Below the pieces are notes generated by a model, which had not been told where the DNA came from, ran no database searches, and saw only the letters and a list, made by a program, of their open reading frames with translations. The translations under genes and the position numbers were made by a program. Positions 51,630 to 64,000 of a stretch of 64,000 nucleotides of DNA are shown piece after piece; position 1 is the first letter of the stretch; each line of letters begins with the position of its first letter. The stretch lies in contig CDLV01000007.1 in the NCBI GenBank assembly GCA_001244265.2, positions 930,001-994,000 of the forward strand, read 5' to 3'. The stretch comes from Microbotryum violaceum (Eukaryota).

Positions 51630-54600
51630 ATGCACGCGATCCCAGGAATACTCGTCCCCTTGCTTCTTTGTAAATGTGCTCTGGCCCTGTCGCTGCGATC
51701 TTCTCCGCAAGCCGAGCTCAATAGACCATCTGACTCGGAGCTGATAGGCCGTCAGTCCATGCCGTCATCCGGACGGGCCGGCGAGGCGCAAGACCGTTTC
51801 CGACTCCCCGACGTGCCTAAGCAAGACGGACCCAAGATGACGAGCATCGAGTTCTACCCGTTGCTACCGCCAGCAATTCCACTGGCAGTCAAATCGCCTT
51901 GTACGTGCTGAGCTGTGGTGTACGCAATGGATACAAGTTCCTGGCATCCCCGGGGCTGCAGTGTGGGGGGCGGACGGTTCAGTGTGGGGCTGTCAGCTGA
52001 CGTCGGACGAGGTGTCTAGTGGCTGCAACCTAGCAGCGTGCTAGCAGTATCCGGTCGCTGACCATTCGATCGTACATCTCTTAACTCTGATATCTGTTCA
52101 GATCTCAATGCCTGGCTCCCAACAGGCAATGATCGCCAGGACGCGGGCCACCTAGCCGGGCACTGGCCTCGCTTCTGGCCAATTTCGTACCCGCACACCG
52201 AACGAGGCTACCGTCTCGGCTGGTCGGGGATGATCCGCATCGACTCGAACCAAACCTACGTCTTTCTCGGCGATCCTGGGTCGACTCCGGGTTTGAAAAG
52301 ATCGAAGGTCCGTCATTCTACATGGGGTTTGTCTTGGCAAGGGCGGTTTGGCAGGTCGACTGACTGACTTCTTTCTGGGATGCTGGCGAACCCTCCAGAT
52401 GGCCGCGCAAACCCGGTTCGAATATACAGCAAGTCGGTCGATCTTCTCCTTCAAAGCCGGAGGTGTTCACTTCAATGTCACCTTTGTCTCGCCCATCACC
52501 CCCGAAGACCTGATATCGACAAGCTTGCCGTTGTCCGACTTGGTCGTCGAGATCGATAGCAAGAGCCTCAAGCAACATCATGTCGAGGTCTACACGGATA
52601 TCACGGGAGAGTGGGCCACCGCCGACTCCAACGCTCCAATAGTGAGATGCGGCCCTTCATGATATCCTTTCACGTGTTACAATGACTTACAAAGGATCGA
52701 TTTCCGTGCTCCGTGCGCAGACATGGGACTTTGTCCATCATTCTGCAGCAGGCATCCACCTGGTCCGACGCAGGGATGAGCTGCTTTTTGAGGAGATCAA
52801 CGAACAAGCTGAATGGGGAAGTGCCGTGTATGCTACCGAAATGGTGAGAGCTCTGTTGCACCAAAACGTCTCTATCAAAGATCTTTTCTGATGTTTACTG
52901 TTTTTAACTCTTGCGGGTACAGTCGCATTCCACTCGAGCGGGCTCCGGTCCCGCTCGTAAACTCAGAAAGGAGTTTGCTGAACAAGGGCGCCTCAGTGGT
53001 GCGCTTGACGCCCAGTACCGTGCTGTGAACGATGACCAGCCAGTTTTCGGGTTTTCTGAAATGATGAGCCCTCAGAAAACAAGTGTCACCTTCACGATTG
53101 GTCACATGCGAACACCTTATGTTGTAAGCCCAACCCCGGCCTGAGCTTAGGGGGGCCGCTTTTCCGGCTGCGCACCCACAGCTGATCCCAACTCCTGCAA
53201 ACTCTAAACTCTAAACAGAACTATGTCACAAGTGGGGGTCAAGTCAACCTCGATGGATATTGGATGACCCAATTCCCCACCTTCACCGAGGCTGTTGCTG
53301 GGTGGATAAAGAATGGCTCTGCCATCCATGCCGCCGCCACATCTTTTGACCGCAAGCTTCGGCGAGATGCGATCAGGGTTTCGGGCAAAAACTATGCCGC
53401 AGTTGTGGAGCTATCGGCCCGCCAAGCATTTGCTACGTTCGAGATCACTTCTGGGGGCAAGGGCGAAGGTGATACTGTGGCTTTCTTGAAGGAGATCAGC
53501 TCGAATGGTGACATGTCGGCAGGTTTTGGGACAGATCTAAGGAACCAACCTTGGACTGGCAGCTTATCATCATCACATGTTCTTGCAGACGGTGGACGTC
53601 ATCTTTCCCCTCTACCCAATTTTGGCGTACGCCCAGCCAAAACTCATCAAACTGCTACTCGAGCCCTTGCTACGGTATGCGACCAGCGGCCTGTATCCAA
53701 ACCAATGGCCGTGTCACGACCTGGGAACGTATCCAAACGCCCGCGGTTACAACGATGGCAATGATGAGGCCATGCCCGTCGAAGAAGCGGGCAACCTGCT
53801 GTGGATGGTGTTGGCCTATGTCCAACTGTCGCACGATGTTGAATTTGTCGAGGAATACTACCACATCTTGACACAGTGGACGGCATTCCTGATCCAGGAT
53901 GGTCTTATCCCTGCTGAGCAATTGAGTACCGATGACTTTGCGGGTGAGCCAAACACGTTTCGGTCCCCGGGCTTCTGAGAACCCGGCAGCTGACTCAAAT
54001 TATGACCACAGGTACTCTGTCAAACCAGACCAATCTTGCAGTCAAAGCCATTGTCGGAATAGGTGAGTAGTGGAGTCTTCCATTTGCAAAGCTAATCGTC
54101 TCTCCTTTCTCTTACGCATGTCTTACTTCCATGCAATAGGGGCTATGGGTGGGCTAGCGGCCAAAACCGGGAGGTGGGTCGAGTCCATTCATTATGGAGC
54201 GACAGCCAAGGTCAGTCATCTCATCCTGCTTGTTGTTACTGCAAGTTTGCATATTAACCTCCTGGCAATCGCAGGCATATGCTGCCGAATGGTATGACCT
54301 GGCGCTCACGCCCAAGCCCATCGACTTACCGCACGCCAAGCTCGCCTATCAGGATGAAAACTCGCATGGCTTACTCTGTACGTCCCAAATTTTATCCCGG
54401 CTCCTTGCTCTAGGAGCTGACACAATTGATTCCTACCGCATTACTAGACAACTTGCTCGGAGATCGCGCCTTGAATTTGGGCATTTTTGACCGTCAACTC
54501 TACGAATGGCAGTCCAAGTTTTATACTACGCTTCTTCAACCTTTCGGTGTGCCCCTTGACTCTCGTCATCTTTGGACCAAATCCGATTGGGAAATGTTTG

Positions 54601-55021
54601 CTTCCGCGTCAAGCACATCTCGTGACTCGAGGGATATGTTCGTCGACTCCATCGTTAAGTACCTCAAGGCGGGCAAGGTTGATGCAGCTTTCCCAGAGTG
54701 AGCCCATCATTTCGGAGCAGAGCCATTTCTGCAGAGGGCTAATCGGAAAACATGTAACCCTGCAGTCTCTACGAAACGACCGATGGTAACTTTCCAGGCC
54801 GAGGGCTTGATTGGCCTATCGAGTTCATTGCTCGACCCGTTGTTGGGCAAGTTCAGATTGGCCTTTCTTCCTGACACAGACTCCTAGATCACATGGGTTC
54901 GTTCACTAACCATGATCAATTTTGAATATGCAGGGGCCATTTCTCCCTTCTTGCGCTTGATGTGGCCAACAAAGCAAATGGGGTCAAGCGCGACCCATTC
55001 CGGGGCAATGACTTGGACTGA
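51630..55021 (+). CDS. Secreted GtaA-type glutaminase (DUF5127/DUF4965/DUF1793 architecture), many exons
   Basis: Signal-peptide-like N-terminus; PPAIPLAVKSPYLNAW; FLKEISSNGDMS|TVDVIFP; HDLGTYPNA.G..DG.DEAMPVEEAGN; QLSTDDFAG.L.NQTNLAVKAIVGI; FGVPLDSRH.WTKSDW; ARPVVGGHF. Confidence 0.93.
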
Positions 55022-55387
55022 ATGATGGTGCCCGGTCTTTGGGGGAGTACTATATACGTCCAGCATGAGTGGTCAATGGACCCGATGCATACGGTTTTTA
55101 CTCTTTGCAATCTTGCTTACTTTACACCAGCCAATTGGGCACACGAGATCCACGGAGTCTAGTGTGAGGGACAACGCAACATAATCGATCAGAAGAGATT
55201 GTTGCGGGGCCTCACAGCTAACTGATCGGCACGGGTGCGCACAAGTCCGCACGGACTCCGGCCTGAGTCGCTTGACTCACTCTCCCCCTCACACCTTTCA
55301 ATCGGCTTGCAACTTCCATCGAAAGGCCTAGCTTTAAGTCCACCCATTTTCTCCCTACAACACACGACTCAGAACTTGTCCACAACG

Positions 55388-56494
55388 ATGTCACCCCTCC
55401 CAGGGCATCGTCGCTCGCTGCCCTATTGGACCTTGGACGTCTTCACCTCGTCGCACTTCCACGGCAACCCCGCCGCCGTCCTCGTTCTCCCTACCCCTAC
55501 TTCACCCGAATTCGATGATGTTGCTCTACTCCAAAAGTTGTCCACCGAATTCGCCCTCCCCAATACGGCGGTGCTGAGACCTACCTCGGATCGTCGAGTG
55601 TGGGACGTCCGTTTCTTCTCCAAAACCCAACAGATCCCCTTATGAGGACACGCGACCATGGCCGCGGCCCATCTATTCGTGAGAGAATTGAAAACGGTAG
55701 ACCTCGATGCAGATTTCGTGTTCCGTACCTCAATGGGAAGAGGGGATATCAAAGTCTCGCAAGTCGGCGATGTGCTGGGGATCGAACTCCCCGCTGATGG
55801 ATCGGTCTTGGACCAGGACAACGTACAACAAATCGACACGGAACGAGTCAAACAGGCTGTATCACAGTCCACAAAGGGTGTCGAAGCGCATGATATCGTT
55901 CATGTGGTCAGGAGCGAGCGGGTCGGTTGGGTCGTCGACCTTTCCCCCGACGTCGATTTGAAGAATCTGCTCGTCGAACCGAAACCGATCGTTAGTCCCG
56001 CTCTTTTATCAATGGCATACTCACCATCTGATCAAACCTTGTAATGCGAATCTTTGGCATGAACAGGAAGATCTGACCCCCTTCATGTTGGTCATGACCC
56101 AACCCTCGAGTCAAGGCGGCGTCAACTCGAGAGTGTTCTGTCCTAGCATGGGCACGATCGAGGATCAAGTGGTGCGTTTGGTACCCGTTTCTCAAGTGAA
56201 TACGATCGAGCCTCGACGAAAACCGATACTGAGCTCTATACTTTAATTCGCCTCCCACAGTGCGGATCAGGGCATTGCTCGGTCGTGCCGTACTTCCTCG
56301 GCACCCCTTCCGCCCGAGCACGGTTATCACCCGAAGGCATCACCCAGACAAAAGCGAACGACTCGGGGTTCCAAGTCACACATCTCAGCAAACGAGGCGG
56401 AAAAATGTTCGTCACGTGGGAAGAGAAGAAAGGGACGTGCGTACTCTCGGGTGACACCGTGCTCGTTAGTGGTGGGAACGTCTTTTTGCCTTGA
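55388..56494 (+). CDS. PhzF/PBLD-family protein, paralog 2, with an in-frame TGA at 55643-55645 (recoded gene or young pseudogene)
   Basis: LDVFTSSHFHGNPAAV, VRFFS..QIPL*GHATMAAAH, SRVF.P.MG.IEDQV|CGSGHC, HLSKRGG, LSGDTV.V..G. Frame and splice sites stay intact after the TGA. Confidence 0.85.
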
Positions 56495-56626
56495 AGGAGG
56501 CGTGTTTACGGCCGTTATGGTCGAGCGTTGTCTAGAAATTAAGCAGTCATCGGCCAAGTGAACGCTTGAATTCCAACACATATCCGCACAACATCGATAA
56601 GATTGCTCCTCCGCTCGAACGCGATC

Positions 56627-58418
56627 CTAGTCCCAATCCTCATCACTCTCATCATCACCATCACTATCGCCGAGCTTGCCCTTGCGCTGGTTCAAAGCCG
56701 CAGCCAAAGCGCTCGCCAGATCGGCTCCTCCTCCACCACCCGCTACGTCTTCATCACCGCCAGCAGCCATAGCAGCACCGGCACCGGCACCGGCAGCCAT
56801 TGCGGCACCGGGAATTTGAGGAGCCGCTCGAGCGTCCGGGTCGGCACCGGTTTTGCGCAGTTGACCAACACCAGCACCTTGGATCGAGGCCAAAAGACCT
56901 GCTCGTCCGTCTTGGGGAGCTGGAAGTTGGACGGCAGGCGATGCCCCGGGTGGAGGTGGGGGAGGGGGAGGTACACCGCGAGGGGCAGGAGGAGGTGGTG
57001 GCGGCGGGGCAGACGGCCCGGCGGAGCGAGCAGGTGGGGCCGGGGGAGGAGGAGGTGCGCCTGAGCAGAAACACAGACGCGTCAGCTTTTAAAGATACTG
57101 CGCGATGTTTATCGTGAACACGGACTGGAAACTCACCTCCACGGGGCGGGCCACTCGCCGGTGGTGGGGGAGGTGGGGGTGGGGGTGGGGGCACGACGCT
57201 CGAGCGAGATGGAGGTGCAGACGATGGAGGTGGTGGTGGACGTGCAACAGGTGCTCGAGAGGGTGGCAAAGTCGGGGCAGCGTCGACAGAGGAGTCGGAA
57301 GCAGGCACCCTACGTGGTGCGGGCGGCGCAGGAGGTTTGCGCTTGATGTTCTGCACAACTCGAGAAGCAGGGGCGGGAGGAGGCACTTTTCGACTAGGAG
57401 GGCCTGAAGGTGGTGGAGGTGCGGGCAATGCAACAGCGCTCGGGCCGCCCGATCCTTCCACGTAGTTTCGGATGAAGGCCTCGTTCTTGATGATTTGGTT
57501 CTGCGGGGTTCACACGGGAAGAAGGCTACTTAGTCCCTTTCTATCGACAAAATCTCAAAGCCCAATCGGGATGATCCCCAGCTCACCCTACTGATTCCTT
57601 GTCCTTCGAGTTGTCCGAGCAATCGTTCCCAGCTCGGATCGACATTACTACTGCTGAAGCCCTTTTCCGTGTCAAAGCCCATGTGAGCGACGTGACTGAA
57701 GCCGGTCGGGGCGCCAATCATGCTCTTGTCGATCACGCCCTTCTTCTTCTTCTTCCCGCTGGGACTCGAGGTAGCAGCCGATGCAGATGAGCTCTTCTTG
57801 GACGATTGGCCGGCTTTGCTCGCGTATTTGGATCGCATCGAGACTTTCTTAAACATCTCGGCGGCTTCGGATTCGGATGAAAAGGCGAGACCTATCATGC
57901 AGTCCTGCGTGTCACGTGGATATGCAAGTAAGCATTCATGACCAAAAGCTTTACTTTGGTCGACGTTATAATTCGATGCTGTCTCGCCGTGTACGACAAC
58001 CGGGATGCGACTAGGCCACTCACATCAGACGGGAACGTGTGGAAAAAGGTTCGATCCTGGTAGTACTGCATCTCTTCAACAATCTCGTGTATCCAAATCG
58101 TCCCTCGTGTACCCTGCACAGGTTTGTTGTACATTCGATCAGCGCTGCAACCTTCCCCGTCCGAGATCGGGCATCCGAGCCACGGCAGACCGATGTAGGA
58201 CTCACCGCCAGATCAACAACCTTGATCCATCCACCCTGACTACCCCATCCGAATACGAGTGCGCCACTAATACCGCTGTAGGACCATTTGGCCGGGTCGG
58301 GGAAGGCGTAGTAGACTCGCGCGACGGCGGCGGTGTGGATCTTGTCCCCTGGCGCTGAGGGGGCATGTTTCTTGATCAGCGACTTTTCGTTCGAGGTGAG
58401 GGTTGATGTGGAGGGCAT
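56627..58418 (-). CDS. WASP/Las17/Wsp1-like Arp2/3 activator
   Basis: WH1 (AAVARVYYAFPDP.KWSYSG; YYQDRTFFHTF; MIGLAFSSESEA), CRIB (IGAPTGFSHVAHMGFD), polyproline, WH2 (LLASIQGAG...LRK), central helix LASALAAALNQRK, acidic DDESDEDWD*. Confidence 0.95.
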
Positions 58419-60019
58419 AGTAGGAGTATGACAGTCCTGTGGGGAGAGGTGCTAGGTCAGTGATCTCCGGTCGTGAGTCGATGAGCCGTCCAACACGGTT
58501 GGGTGTGATGGTAGCCGAGGAAGCCAATCCACCGATCGGTAAAGGGATACGAATACCACCAGCTGATCAGGCGTGAAGACGAGAAAGACATACAGCGCAG
58601 ATGAGTGGCACAGCTAATGGATCTCGGGCGGACAAAGGCCGATGACGGGGTGGAGCCGGGGTGCCTTCCCGGTACGAGTCGAAGGCTTGGGCACGTCCGA
58701 CGGTACCAAAAATGAGCCCGAAAAAAATTGCGATATAGGACGCTTAACAGATAAGAGTGCTCGGCTGGGTCCTAACCAGCGATGAGCTGTCCGGTGCTCG
58801 TGGTCTTGCCCGTGAGAGTGAGCGGTGACGAACTGAGCAGCGCCGAGGCGGCCGGTACCCGGTAAATTGGGCCCCGTTCGCGAGCGACTGTTTGACTTTA
58901 CAACCCATGAAATTCGCTTTGTTTCCGTACATCAGAGAGCCCGATGAACCTCTCGAGAAATCATTGATATGATCGATGAAGGAAAACACAGTTCAAGCTG
59001 TTGCATGTATCGCGGGTCATCGAAGATTGGGGGCCGAGACTCTTAACAAAAGGCGCGGAATTGGTGAGCAGCCTGAAGTTTTGATCGTGAAAAGCTATCA
59101 TTTCATTCCGGTGGTGAAATGGCCTGAACGTGTACGTTGAGACGTGGAGAGGGGAGACGTAAGCGAGCCTGGCCTCCGAGTGAGCCCCTGTTTTGCGCGC
59201 CAAAGTATCATCCTACCGTAACCAATCAATCGCGCCAACGGTTGTGAGAATGTACTTCTGGGCTGAACACACGCCTTCCATAAGAGGTTGACTGCTGCGG
59301 TCGAGCCTCGGCCAACTTCAGATATGCAGATACCTTTTCACCGAGCAAATCATCCGGCTTCTCTTCTGAATGGAGCCCGACTCCAAGTACGGTATGAAAT
59401 CGAGTCGTCCTCGGGGCTCAAGAGAATATCGGGTGAACATGGGCCCGTTGTCCGGGTCGCTGCTTACCTTGAGGATCCGGCCTCTGCACAGCCACAACGC
59501 GGGCTTGGAACTAGGTGAACGCGCGTCGGCCTCGCGCGGCCTCGATCTGCAATGCGGTAGTAGATGACTCGACCAGTCAAGGTTCGCGCCCATCAACATT
59601 TTTAACGACCCTTGTGCTCAAAGCATTCAGGTGAAGAGCGTCTAGCGGACAAATGCTACAATACGGGATTCAGAGACAGTCCTCATAGTAAACCCGACGC
59701 CGTGCGCAGCAGAAGCTCCCGGGAGGACGTCAGCGACTGGCTCGAAGCTTCGTTTCTCCGATGCTCAGGTTGAAAGCGCCCCACTTCATCTGCGAGACGA
59801 CGAGCTTGAGCTGGCTTGCTGCCCGTTTGCTACGAGCCAAAAATGGCATCAACCAGGCTGGGAGCCCGTCAGCTGCCCGCTGCAGGCCGGGCGCGCCTGT
59901 CCCGCTTTCCCGCCAGGCACGGAGCCAGCTAGCTCGAGCTGGCTTGCTGGCTTGCCTTTTGCTCTCTGCTCTCTTTCCAAACCCATACCAAACACCTTGC
60001 TGCTCTACCTCATCACACC

Positions 60020-61303
<1,284 letters not shown>

Positions 61304-61706
61304 TCGAGGTCGGACACGCATTCTCTTCTGCACCTACTCCCATTCTTGAACCCACTGCGGTTCCGTCTCTTCTTGGGCGCAACCTTTCCCCACCGCGTGA
61401 AGTTCTTTCTCTCTCTTCCCGCCTGCATTTGGGCCGTGTTACATCTTTTCCACCCCTTGATCCTCGACGTGCTTTCTCCTCCCTCTTCTTTCCCTGGTCG
61501 CTCCTGACTCGCGAGAGCTTGATCGGCTCTTTCTGCATCTCATACTTTCTTCTTTGATCCCAATACGAGTAGTCGTTTTCCAGACACGAAATCAAATAAA
61601 AGACAAACTCCAAACGAACTGAACTCGGGCTAACAAGAAAGAAAGGTAACGCGCTCAGGAGAAAGCAGGAACCAATGACGCAGACAGCAACCCGACGGAA
61701 CATGAA

Positions 61707-63023
61707 TTACAACTTTGCACCGGCACGAGTGATGATCTTTTGACTCCACCACGGGTAGAACTCGGTCGGCAAGTCTTTGGGTACGGTCGCGACCATCCGG
61801 GGCGCGCGCTTGTCCCTGAACGCTTGCACGCCTTCCTTGGAATCGATTGAATTGCCTAGAAGTACACGAATTATGGTCAGTACTCAGGAAGAAGCTTTCC
61901 ATACGCGCCGTATGTATGGACTGTACTGACCAGCGACATGCATCGCCTTTGAATCAAGCAGATGTTGATCCTCGGGACTATCCATTCCACGCCAGACCAA
62001 ACCCTTGATCAAAGAGGACGAGATCATAGAGTTGGAGAGGGAGATATCCTTGGCCAAGACGAGGGCAGCTTGGAAGGTCGCTTCAGGGGAGGGATGACGC
62101 GAGGCCCAGAGGAGGTCGAGGATGGGCGAAGTGGCGGGGATCACCTTGGCCGTCTGCGTGGAGATCGAAGAGGATTTGTCAGCTAACAGAAGACCTTATG
62201 AAAGGCGTGAAGTGTCACGGAGGAGCGACGAGTTCCTCACCATGAACAATTGCATCGCTCGCGAGTGACCGATCAATTTGGGCAAGAAGTATGACGAAGC
62301 CGCTTCGGGAACGATACCGCGTTGAGCGAAGACGAAACCGATTTTGGCGGTTTCGGAGACCAAGCGGATGTCGGCGCCGAGGGTCATGGTGATTCCTGGG
62401 TTAGGGTAACAAAAGTGGGGTCAGTCGTGAGGGATGACAAGTACAGAAAGGTGAGACCTACCGATTCCAATAGCGTGACCATTGACAGCGGCGATAGTCG
62501 GCTTTCGAACTCGGAAGAGCGCAAGCGAGACCGTGCCTGCAAGGCCAGTAGGGGCTTCGCCCGCGGTCAGCTCGGCACAGACTGGAGGCGGAAGCGTCAG
62601 GAATCTGGCTCACCTCCACCGTCACGGTGCTCGTTGAGATTACGAGCCGAGTTTTGTGAATACCGGTCCGAAGTACTGAAATCGCCCTTTGACAGATCCG
62701 CTCTAGTACAACAAGAAGCTCCTCGGCAAGTCAGCTCAGGGGCCTCTCCGCAATCCACGTCGATCCACACTTGGCGACGATCCACGCTTGAATGCTAGCA
62801 ATCTTCACCCTGCACAAAACGCTTTGCCTTCATTGGGGGATCCAGCAAGTATGACGACCTTGACGTTGTCGTCACTGTCGAGTCGGTCAAAGGCAACGAC
62901 CAAGCTCTTGGCCATAGGATCCGTGAAGGCGTTGCGAGCCGTGGGGCGATCGAGGTACACGACCGCGACCCCATGTTCCCGCAGTTCGACTCGGATGTCC
63001 TTCAATTCGGGATAGAGCGACAT
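61707..63023 (-). CDS. Enoyl-CoA hydratase/isomerase (crotonase) family protein, probably peroxisomal
   Basis: LDRPTARNAF, KAFCAG|ADLS, KPTIAAVNGHAIGIG, TMTLGADIR....AKIGFVFAQRGIVPEAASSYFLPKLIG, FKEGVQAF..KR. Ends in the PTS1-like AKL*. Confidence 0.93.
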
Positions 63024-63313
63024 GGTCTTTGGTGTTAAAGGGCGCAGTGTAAGGACGGTGAACGATTTGAAGACGAGCCTTGAACGACGGGCTGGGGAAC
63101 GGAGAAGTGGCCCCCGAGCCGAGGGCGCGCGAGGACCCATGTATGTATGTGGGGGTCGGCCTCGCGTGTCCTCGGCAATCAATCTTGCCGGGTCCGGCAG
63201 CGGCGAGAGCCGCGGATGGCCCGTGGGGTCGGATTGGATTACAAACTTATCTCTGCTTATGCAAATGGTTTTATGATACAACGGTGTACGCTCTGATATG
63301 ACGTATAGAACGA

Positions 63314-64000
63314 TTACAACTCTTGCCTGGCCCTATCCATGAGATAGTCGTAACCTGGCATGTAGACCTCGCCCACGAGAGCCTTGACCGCCGTCTCGGC
63401 ATCATCAACGGTCAACAGCAGCGATCCAAGAGAAACGATTGTGGACGAATACGTCCCAAAACGTTCATCCTGTTCAAGTTCGATTGAGCTTGCGCCTCTT
63501 GGTCAGTCTGCACGGTTACACGTCCCCGGAGTGGAGTTGTCGAGCGTTGAAGATCGAGCACTTACGCGAAGAATTGTCCAAGTCAACTCGAATTCGCCCA
63601 ATCGTGCGCCGTCCGCGCTGTGTAGTATCTGATTCGACGCTTCATCGCTCGAGGTCTTGAACCTCTTGTCGTGATACAACAATCGATCAAGGAGAGGGCC
63701 CGGTGTCGCTTGAGGAAGCGGCGCACCCTCTCGAAGCGCGAGAGAGAGCTGACAGGGAGATAGTCGAAGTCTTGGTCAGGCTGTGTCGCAAACGTTGAAC
63801 GAAAGGGCTATCTTATTACGTCGACTGACCAATGCAAAGGTCGATGAAACATCGGAGATTAGGTTGGGGTGGAGGAAAGCCGTGGACCTGATCAACATCT
63901 TGCGCCAAGCTGGTTCGAGTCGGACCAAACCCAGTCCTAAGGACCCAAGAGCTCTGGAGATGCAGCATCATGGTCCGTCAGAAATCATTCCATGATGTAC
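63314..64000 (-). CDS. 3' part of an unidentified spliced gene running off the window
   Basis: Minus-strand frame ending ...LLLTVDDAETAVKALVGEVYMPGYDYLMDRARQEL*, with intron-like interruptions. Confidence 0.4.

Noticed and set aside
56495-56630. SECIS element downstream of PhzF paralog 2
   Set aside because: Only weak stems (e.g. tcgagcgtt/aacgcttga) and no canonical AUGA/GA quartet with apical AA seen by eye; needs SECISearch.

Overview
Eukaryotic, intron-rich, GC-rich fungal DNA. Gene style suggests a basidiomycete yeast, probably Pucciniomycotina/Microbotryomycetes (inference). Recognisable genes: a YDR124W/DUF2841-like protein, a Zn2Cys6 transcription factor, a fungal phytochrome, ATP19, RPN1, a PTEN/TEP1-like phosphatase, UBC6, an SDR, EGD1/BTF3, two PhzF-family paralogs flanking a GtaA-type glutaminase, WASP/Las17, calmodulin and an enoyl-CoA hydratase-family gene. 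Two decayed transposon islands interrupt the gene runs (about 9.1-16.5 kb and 34.8-46 kb). They contain nested TIR elements with readable target-site duplications, transposase pseudogenes and a 103-bp-arm hairpin. The most striking observation is an in-frame TGA at exactly the conserved Cys of the CGHAT motif in the otherwise intact second PhzF paralog. This could be recoding (Cys readthrough or Sec), a young nonsense allele, or a base-call error. Exon boundaries were read by eye and no database searches were run.
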